Source of the DNA: Eubacteriales bacterium
GTDB taxonomy: Bacteria; Bacillota; Clostridia; Oscillospirales; CAG-272
NCBI GenBank assembly: GCA_045594785.1
Contig: JAZNZE010000059.1
Span: forward strand, 1-32,000
Length of the DNA stretch: 32,000 nt
Direction of reading: 5' to 3'
Shown here: piece after piece, positions 26,251 through 32,000 of the stretch
Layout: each line of letters opens with the position of its first letter
How positions within the stretch are numbered: the first letter of the stretch is position 1
Program-made: the position numbers and the translations under genes
Notes under the pieces: generated by a model
What the model was told of the DNA's origin: nothing
Database searches by the model: none
The model's input: the letters and a program-made list of their open reading frames with translations, nothing else

Positions 26251-27293
26251 GTAAAAGTACGTTTAAAATTCTTCTTCCCAACGGAAAGGGATATAAAGCA
26301 AATCTTCATAATCACTCGCACGTTTCGGACAGCCTTATTACCGCAGAGGAGCTTAAGGGGCTCTATATGGAGCACGGCTATTCGGCTATTGCTTATTCCG
26401 ACCACGACGTTATAATTCCCCACCCCCGTCTTACCGATGAGAGCTTCGTTGCGCTTACCGCGGCAGAGCTTCACGCAAACGCAAGGGTTACCTTCTGCAA
26501 TTTTGCCAAGACCTGCCACTTCAACGTTGTCGCCATTGATAAGGATAATGCCAAAGCGGTTCTCTGGCACAGAAACGATTACGTGCCTCGCTGCTCGATG
26601 CTGTACTACGACAAGGTTGACGTTGACGAGACGCTCCCCGACTACGAAAGAATTTATTCTCCCGAAAAGCTCTCGGAGATGTTCAAAATATGCAGAGATT
26701 CGGGATATTTCGTTATATACAACCACCCGGTTTGGTCGTGTGAGGACTACGGTGAATACTCCGGATATGAAAATATGCACGCCTTCGAGATTATGAACAA
26801 TTCCTCGGTTGTCGGTGGATATGACGAGTTTAACGGAATTATATATGATGAGTTTCTGAGACAGGGAAAGCGTATTTACTGCGTTGCAGGTGATGACAAC
26901 CACAATATGAGACCTCCGAAGGACAGAAAGAGCGATTCCTTCGGCACCTTTACCGTTATAAAGGCAAAGAAGCTTGAATATAACGAGCTTACCGCTGCGC
27001 TTGTAAACGGAGACTGCTACGCAAGCGAAGCTCCTGAAATCGAATGCATCTGGTATGAGGACGGATACGTTCATATAAAAACCTCTCCCTGCAGAAAGAT
27101 ATGTATGAACACGGGTATAGGCAGAGCCGACATTGAGCTTGCCGAAAGCAAGGAAAAGCCTGTAACGGAGGCAACCTTTAAGGTTAACGAAAGTGACGTT
27201 TACGTAAGGTTTTCTCTTACCGATATGAAGGGAAAAAGAGCCTATTCAAGAGGCTATTTTACCGATGAGATGGATTGGGGGAATGAAAAATGA
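26247..27293 (+). CDS. PHP-domain metal-dependent phosphoesterase-like protein, type B (B1), with a full ligand set
   Basis: 348 aa. NLHNHSH (HxH), YSDHD, AAELH, CHFNVVA, YNHP, EIMNNSS (compare YcdX EINNSS) and GDDNHN (DxH). The start overlaps the A1 stop (ATGA). Confidence 0.85.
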   Translation: MSKSTFKILLPNGKGYKANLHNHSHVSDSLITAEELKGLYMEHGYSAIAYSDHDVIIPHPRLTDESFVALTAAELHANARVTFCNFAKTCHFNVVAIDKDNAKAVLWHRNDYVPRCSMLYYDKVDVDETLPDYERIYSPEKLSEMFKICRDSGYFVIYNHPVWSCEDYGEYSGYENMHAFEIMNNSSVVGGYDEFNGIIYDEFLRQGKRIYCVAGDDNHNMRPPKDRKSDSFGTFTVIKAKKLEYNELTAALVNGDCYASEAPEIECIWYEDGYVHIKTSPCRKICMNTGIGRADIELAESKEKPVTEATFKVNESDVYVRFSLTDMKGKRAYSRGYFTDEMDWGNEK

Positions 27294-28228
27294 GTTCCGA
27301 AATAAAGTACCTTTTACCGCACAAAAATTTCTATAAAGCGAACCTGCACGCAAGGTCAAGCCGCTCGGACGGAAGACTTTCTCCCGAAGAGCTTAAAAAT
27401 GCTTACAAAAATAAGGGCTATTCGGTTCTTGCTCTTACAGATAATAAGCCTTCGTGTGAAAAGACGCTTTCCGACAAGGATTTTCTGGTTATGTCCGGCT
27501 TTGCCTTCGGAGCAAAAAGTGAAAATACCGTTCCGATAAAGAATGCTCACTTCACCGCTCTCTCGCTTACCGAAGAGCCCCAAACGCTTCCGGAATTTAA
27601 CGGAGAATACGACCTTAAGAATATCGCATCATATATATCCGAATGCAAAAAGCACGGATATTTTACGACCTACTCGCATCCCGCAAAGTCCTGCCTCGTT
27701 ATGCCCGAGCAGCTCGAGCTTTCAGAGGTTGACGCGCTTGAGGTTATCAACTATTCCTCTCTTATGGAGGGACAGGACGAATATAACGCGGTTTGCTACG
27801 ATAATTTTCTCAGAAGAAATCACAGACTTTTCTGCACTGCAAGCGATGGAAACAGAAACCTTCTCCCACTTGATGATAAGAGGTCGGATTCCTTCGGGGC
27901 ATATACCTATATAAACAGCGACACGCTTGACTACGCATCTATTGCATCTTCCATTAAAAACGGAGAATTCTACGCAAGCGAGGGTCCCGAAATCAAGGGA
28001 CTTTGGATAAAAGGGGACACGGTTAATATAAGAACCTCTCCCGCAGACAGAATTTTTCTCTGCGCCGGAAGAAGAGCCTGCAGAAGCTTCCAGGCAAACG
28101 GCGGTGTTCCGCTTACCGCGGCAGCCTTCCAGCTTCACCCGAAGGATATATACGTGCGCTTTGTGGTAATAGACGAAGAAGGCAGACGCGCATACACAAG
28201 AGCCTATTACCTTGATGAAATGATGTAA
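27290..28228 (+). CDS. PHP-fold paralog, type C (C1), with degenerate metal ligands (predicted pseudoenzyme)
   Basis: 312 aa. NLHARS, TDNK, FAFG (Glu lost) and SDGNRN. YSHP, EVINYSS, RSDSFGAY and FYASEGPEI are retained. The start overlaps the B1 stop (ATGA). Confidence 0.85.
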   Translation: MSSEIKYLLPHKNFYKANLHARSSRSDGRLSPEELKNAYKNKGYSVLALTDNKPSCEKTLSDKDFLVMSGFAFGAKSENTVPIKNAHFTALSLTEEPQTLPEFNGEYDLKNIASYISECKKHGYFTTYSHPAKSCLVMPEQLELSEVDALEVINYSSLMEGQDEYNAVCYDNFLRRNHRLFCTASDGNRNLLPLDDKRSDSFGAYTYINSDTLDYASIASSIKNGEFYASEGPEIKGLWIKGDTVNIRTSPADRIFLCAGRRACRSFQANGGVPLTAAAFQLHPKDIYVRFVVIDEEGRRAYTRAYYLDEMM

Positions 28229-28233
28229 TAATG

Positions 28234-28274
28234 ATACCGATTTTACAAAAAACCAACATATGCAAAGTCGGTAT
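28234..28274 (+). other. Inter-cassette hairpin (attenuator, processing or stability element?)
   Basis: ATACCGATTTT / AAAGTCGGTAT 11-bp stem (one G-U pair) with a 19-nt loop. There is no strong U-tract. The stem core is identical to the hairpin after the second cassette. Confidence 0.45.
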
Positions 28275-28320
28275 TAGTTAATCCATTTTAAGATTTATAG
28301 AAACGATAGAGAGGTAAAAT

Positions 28321-29361
28321 ATGCTTCCACTTTGTAATCATAAAAGACTTTTTCCCAGAGGAGCAAAACAATACAAGGCAAATCTGAATTGCCACACGAA
28401 TATATCGGACGGTGAATACTTCCCCGAGGAAATAAAGGAGCTTTACAAGGCCAAGGGTTATTCTGCAGTTGCCTTCTCAGACAGAGAGGTGCTTATACCA
28501 CACCAAGACCTTAAAGATGACAGCTTTCTTCCACTTACCGCTTGTGAATATGAAATTGAAGGAAGCGAAGGAAAATCTATTCACTTTAATATAATCGCAC
28601 TTGACGAGGATAACGTTACCCAGCCTCTTTGGCATAGAGAAAAATACATATACCCCTACTCCGAGCCATCTCGCAAATTCGTAAAATTTGACGAAACCGA
28701 GCCCGATTACGAGAGAGAATTCACTCACAAAAAGATAAGTGAAATGATGCAGAAGTGCAGAGACAAAGGCTTTTTCGTAACTCTTAATCACCCCACGCGT
28801 TCCCATCTTAGCTATAACGATTTTGCCGCTTTAGAGGGAATGGACGCTTTTGAAATAACGAACTATTCGTCAATGCTTGCAGGATATGAGGAGCATAACG
28901 ACACTATATTCTCTGAAATTCTGGCGACAGGCAAAAGACCTTATTGCGTTGCCGGAGACGAGAACCAAAATAAAAATCCCTTTGGCTCAAGACAGTCGGA
29001 TTCCTTCGGTGCTTACACCGTAATTCTTGCGGACAGCCTCGACTACAAGTCGATAGCAAACGCTCTGAAAAACGGACACTTCTATTCCAGCGAAGGACCG
29101 GTAATACACGACCTCTGGTATCGCAGTGACGTCCTTTACATAAGATGCTCCCCTTGTGACAAAATCATATTTGAAACGGCTAAGGGAAAAACTGTAAAGC
29201 TTGCAGAGGACGGAGTGCCTCTTACCGGAGAGGGAATGTGCTGCTACATCGCTCCCGAGCATCAGTACGTCAGAGTTACCGTAGTTGATAAATATGGGCG
29301 CAAGGCTTATACGAATGCCTACGATGCCGCCGAGATGGTACACACGTACGAGAAGAGGTGA
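28321..29361 (+). CDS. PHP-fold paralog, type A (A2), partly degenerate
   Basis: 346 aa. NLNCHT, SDRE and GDENQN. E (ACEYE), HFNIIA and LNHP are retained. Long identical runs with A1 (KELYKA.GYSAVAFSD, DLWYRS.VLYIRCSPCDK). RBS AGAGAGG. Confidence 0.85.
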   Translation: MLPLCNHKRLFPRGAKQYKANLNCHTNISDGEYFPEEIKELYKAKGYSAVAFSDREVLIPHQDLKDDSFLPLTACEYEIEGSEGKSIHFNIIALDEDNVTQPLWHREKYIYPYSEPSRKFVKFDETEPDYEREFTHKKISEMMQKCRDKGFFVTLNHPTRSHLSYNDFAALEGMDAFEITNYSSMLAGYEEHNDTIFSEILATGKRPYCVAGDENQNKNPFGSRQSDSFGAYTVILADSLDYKSIANALKNGHFYSSEGPVIHDLWYRSDVLYIRCSPCDKIIFETAKGKTVKLAEDGVPLTGEGMCCYIAPEHQYVRVTVVDKYGRKAYTNAYDAAEMVHTYEKR

Positions 29362-29366
29362 GGAAT

Positions 29367-30407
29367 ATGAAAAAGAATTACAAAGACCTATTTCCTGAGA
29401 GCTTAAACTCATATAAAGTAAACTTACATTGTCATTCTGACGTTTCTGACAGCCTCATAAGAACATTTGAGCTTAAGGATATTTATAAAAATTCGGGCGG
29501 TTATGCAGCCGTTGCATACACCGACCACGACCTTGTAGTAAAGCACCCTGAGTTATGCGATGAAGAGTTCGTAGCTCTTACCGGAGTAGAGCTTTACGTT
29601 CATAGCGGTTTTAATTTTGCGGGCTCTGAAAAGTGGTGTCACTTCAATGCGGTTGCAATAGACGAGAACACTGACGTGCAGCTTTTCTGGCATACCGATA
29701 AATATATTCACAAGGTCTGTATGCTATATGCAGACGCGGTGAACATAAATCCAAGCGAGCCTAATTTTGAAAGAGAGTATTGCCCTGAAAACCTCAACCA
29801 GATGTTCAAAAAATGCAAGGATGAGGGATACTTCGTTATCTATAACCACCCCACCGACTCTCACGAAAATTATAATGACTATTCTAAATACGAAAATATC
29901 GATGCGCTTGAAATAATGAACGGAAGCTGCCTCAGACTCAGTGGAGAAGAATATAACGGAAACGTTTACGACGAGCTTCTCAGATGCGGAAAGCGTATAT
30001 GCTGCGTTGGAAGCGACGATAACCACAACTGTAACCCTCCCTTCACAAGAAAAAGCGATTCGATTGTAGCTTATACAGTAGTAAAGGCTGAAAAAATCTC
30101 CTACAAGGATATTATGGGAGCACTCTGCGCCGGGATTGTTTATGCAAGCGAAGGACCTGAAATCTACAGCATCACTTACGAGGACGGATATGCAAAAATA
30201 AAAACCTCTCCCGCAAGAAAAATCTGTCTTAATACCGGCATAGGCAGGGCGGACGCTGTTTTTGAATCGAAAGACGGTACTCCGGTTACCGAAGCTAGCT
30301 TCAAGGTAGAGAAAAGCGATATCTATTTCAGATTTTCAATTACCGACACTACGGGAAAGAGAGCCTATTCAAACGCATACTTTACCGATGAACTCGATTT
30401 TGAATAA
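29367..30407 (+). CDS. PHP-domain metal-dependent phosphoesterase-like protein, type B (B2), with a full ligand set
   Basis: NLHCHS, YTDHD, GVELY, CHFNAVA, YNHP, EIMNGS and SDDNHN. I prefer the ATG at 29367 (SD-like GAGGTG 6 nt upstream). An alternative GTG at 29358 overlaps the A2 stop (GTGA). Confidence 0.85.
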   Translation: MKKNYKDLFPESLNSYKVNLHCHSDVSDSLIRTFELKDIYKNSGGYAAVAYTDHDLVVKHPELCDEEFVALTGVELYVHSGFNFAGSEKWCHFNAVAIDENTDVQLFWHTDKYIHKVCMLYADAVNINPSEPNFEREYCPENLNQMFKKCKDEGYFVIYNHPTDSHENYNDYSKYENIDALEIMNGSCLRLSGEEYNGNVYDELLRCGKRICCVGSDDNHNCNPPFTRKSDSIVAYTVVKAEKISYKDIMGALCAGIVYASEGPEIYSITYEDGYAKIKTSPARKICLNTGIGRADAVFESKDGTPVTEASFKVEKSDIYFRFSITDTTGKRAYSNAYFTDELDFE

Positions 30408-30418
30408 GGAGGCGCACT

Positions 30419-31366
30419 ATGAACTATAATATCAAATATCTGCTCGGTGAGAAAAGCTTTTATAAAGCAAATCTCCATTCAAGGTCCTCCCTCTCTGACG
30501 GCAGACTTTCTCCGCTCGAGCTTAAAGAGCTCTACAAGAAAAACGGCTACTCCGTGCTCGCGATAACCGATAACGAACCTAAGGATTACGCTGAGCTTTG
30601 TGATGATGATTTTACCCTGCTTTCAGGCTTTGACTTCGGCGCAAGAGACAAGGCTGCTGACGGTGTTCCGACAAAATCCTGCACGTTTACGGCAATTTCA
30701 CTTAACAAGTCTCCCGGGAGCGTAGCACCGTTTGATGCTGAATACGGAAGCGATAAGGTAAACGGCTTTATCTCCGCATACAAAGAGAACGGCTATTTCG
30801 TAACCTACGACCACCCTATCCGCTCTCTTGAGGTCGCGCCCGATTTTCTGAAATACAAAAACCTTGACGCTATGGAGATAATAAATTATTCCTCTCTCGT
30901 TGAGGGATATGACGAATACAACTCGTTTACGTATGACCTCTTTTTAAGATATGAGAACAGAATGTTCTGCATTGCGACTGACGGAAACAGAAACGAGAGA
31001 CCTCTAAGCTCCGAAAGAAGCGATTCGCTTGGAGCGTTCACTATGATAGAGGCGGATTCTCTGAAGTACAGTGATATTGCAAAATCTCTCTCGGAAGGCA
31101 GTTTCTATTCAAGTGAGGGACCCGAAATAAAGGCTTTATGGATTAAGGGAGATTCTCTCAACGTGAGATGCTCTCCGGCAGACAGAATTATTCTTTCAGC
31201 AGGAAGAAGAGCCTGCAGAAGCTTTTACGCAAATGAAAGCGAGACTCTCACCGCCGCAACCTTCAAGATATTTCCGCAGGATATTTTCGTAAGAATATCT
31301 GTAATCGATAAGGACGGAAAAAGAGCTTACACCAGAGCTTATTTCGTTGACGAAATAATGAAATAA
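30419..31366 (+). CDS. PHP-fold paralog, type C (C2), with degenerate metal ligands (predicted pseudoenzyme)
   Basis: 315 aa. NLHSRS, TDNE, FDFG, CTFTAIS and TDGNRN. YDHP, EIINYSS, RSDSLGAF and FYSSEGPEI are retained. RBS GGAGG. Confidence 0.85.
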   Translation: MNYNIKYLLGEKSFYKANLHSRSSLSDGRLSPLELKELYKKNGYSVLAITDNEPKDYAELCDDDFTLLSGFDFGARDKAADGVPTKSCTFTAISLNKSPGSVAPFDAEYGSDKVNGFISAYKENGYFVTYDHPIRSLEVAPDFLKYKNLDAMEIINYSSLVEGYDEYNSFTYDLFLRYENRMFCIATDGNRNERPLSSERSDSLGAFTMIEADSLKYSDIAKSLSEGSFYSSEGPEIKALWIKGDSLNVRCSPADRIILSAGRRACRSFYANESETLTAATFKIFPQDIFVRISVIDKDGKRAYTRAYFVDEIMK

Positions 31367-31369
31367 AAA

Positions 31370-31430
31370 CAAATACCGATTCTGTAAAGGCAAGATTTGT
31401 GCGATACTCAGGGTCGGTATTTTTAAATAT
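31370..31430 (+). terminator. Probable terminator of the PHP array
   Basis: AAATACCGA / TCGGTATTT 9-bp stem with an unusually long loop of about 34 nt, followed by TTAAATATTTTTT. Confidence 0.45.
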
Positions 31431-31464
31431 TTTTTCATTAAAGATCTAATTTTTATTTAGAGTA

Positions 31465-31493
31465 TTGATTTTGGGAGAAAACTATGGTAAAAT
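31465..31493 (+). promoter_or_regulatory. Candidate promoter of the atp-like operon
   Basis: TTGATT, 17 nt, then an extended -10 TGgTAAAAT. Confidence 0.5.
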
Positions 31494-31526
31494 CTTTATA
31501 AAGTTTTGCAGGAGACGGACTAGGCT

Positions 31527-31784
31527 ATGTATAGAAATTTTGTCGGTGCGCTATACGTGTTGAATATAATCTTTCAAGCCATATTTACACTGCTGACACC
31601 GCCCGCAATTTTCTTTCTTATTAACTATCTCTGCGTATCAAAGCTTTCGTTTCCGAAATGGACTTATGCAATCTCCCTTTCCGTAGGTTTTGTTTTAGGT
31701 ATTATCTCAATGATAAAATTTGCGATAACCGCCTCCGAGGCTCTTGAAAGGCTGGAAAAACAAAGAAAAAACAAAAAGGACTAA
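31527..31784 (+). CDS. AtpZ/AtpI-family small membrane protein (ATP synthase operon leader gene)
   Basis: 85 aa, two TM helices and a basic C-terminal tail, positioned directly upstream of an AtpI-like ORF. The family assignment is from memory. Confidence 0.5.
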   Translation: MYRNFVGALYVLNIIFQAIFTLLTPPAIFFLINYLCVSKLSFPKWTYAISLSVGFVLGIISMIKFAITASEALERLEKQRKNKKD

Positions 31785-31788
31785 TTCA

Positions 31789-32000
31789 ATGAAAAAAACA
31801 AAGCTTCCCTATTATGAAATATTTTCTCTGCTGCTTGGAGAAATAATCATTTCTCTTCTCATATGCGCAGTATATCTTATAATAGACAGATTTGACTATA
31901 AGGTTGTAACCGGAGTCTCTCTCGGAACACTTGTTACTATGTTTAATTTTCTTTTTCTCTCAATATCCACAACGAGAGCAATAGATAATTTTCTCCTTCT
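31789..32000 (+). CDS. Partial CDS running off the window: hydrophobic protein, possibly ATP synthase subunit I (AtpI)
   Basis: Hand translation from the ATG at 31789 gives MKKTKLPYYEIFSLLLGEIIISLLICAVYLIIDRFDYKVVTGVSLGTLVTMFNFLFLSISTTRAIDNFLL, with no stop before the window end. Confidence 0.4.
   Translation, partial: MKKTKLPYYEIFSLLLGEIIISLLICAVYLIIDRFDYKVVTGVSLGTLVTMFNFLFLSISTTRAIDNFLL

Larger units (their letters stand above)
25273..31366 (+). repeat. Diverged tandem duplication of a three-gene cassette (A-B-C then A-B-C) of PHP-fold paralogs
   Basis: Gene-by-gene correspondence: 25273 with 28321, 26247 with 29367, 27290 with 30419. Local DNA similarity survives, for example GAGCTTTACAAGGC...GCAGTTGCCTTCTC at 25391 and 28439. 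Confidence 0.85.

Noticed and set aside
26223-27074. The 283-aa antisense ORF opposite B1
   Set aside because: It overlaps the PHP-motif-bearing frame, has no motifs, and is rich in Val, Asn and Ile, as expected from the complementary strand of a coding region.
25273-31366. The six paralogs as a recent segmental duplication or assembly artefact
   Set aside because: Corresponding genes are clearly diverged at both DNA and protein level (indels and many substitutions), and all six retain intact frames and their own RBSs.

Overview
This looks like a chromosomal window from a low-to-moderate-GC Firmicute, probably Clostridia. That guess rests on AGGAGG-type ribosome-binding sites (RBSs), DUF4830 and atpZ/atpI-like genes, and is inference only. 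The window is almost fully coding, mostly on the + strand, and I saw no tRNA, rRNA, CRISPR array, transposase or integrase.

Gene order:
- A four-helix-bundle protein.
- A co-directional array: C26 glutamine amidotransferase, DUF2500-like protein, D-serine ammonia-lyase (dsdA), a NodB-like hypothetical, an APH(3')-like kinase, an SGNH hydrolase and a DUF3267 HExxH membrane protein.
- A consensus sigma-70-type promoter driving an amidohydrolase::N-acyltransferase fusion plus a GNAT.
- An EamA permease, a type-A CAT-like acetyltransferase and a DUF368 protein.
- DUF4830 (- strand).
- A non-coding 117/118-bp tandem repeat ending in an inverted copy, next to an untracked 32-aa Cys-rich membrane peptide (- strand).
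- Topoisomerase III (- strand).
- tdk-deoC-deoD-deoB, with a GH42 beta-galactosidase start overlapping the deoB stop.
- An AraC regulator (- strand) divergent from a DMT permease and a 1255-aa, signal-peptide-less, clan GH-D-like hydrolase with two C-terminal malectin domains.
- Six tandem PHP-fold paralogs (25273-31366).
- The start of an atpZ/atpI-like ATP synthase operon.

The six PHP-fold paralogs are the most unusual feature. They form a duplicated three-gene cassette (A-B-C, A-B-C), with start/stop overlaps at the A1/B1 and B1/C1 junctions and possibly at A2/B2. Only the middle (B) gene of each cassette keeps the full PHP metal-ligand set. A and C carry subtype-specific, largely conserved ligand losses but remain intact ORFs. 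This suggests a heteromeric enzyme with one active and two pseudoenzyme subunits. I cannot verify novelty without database searches.
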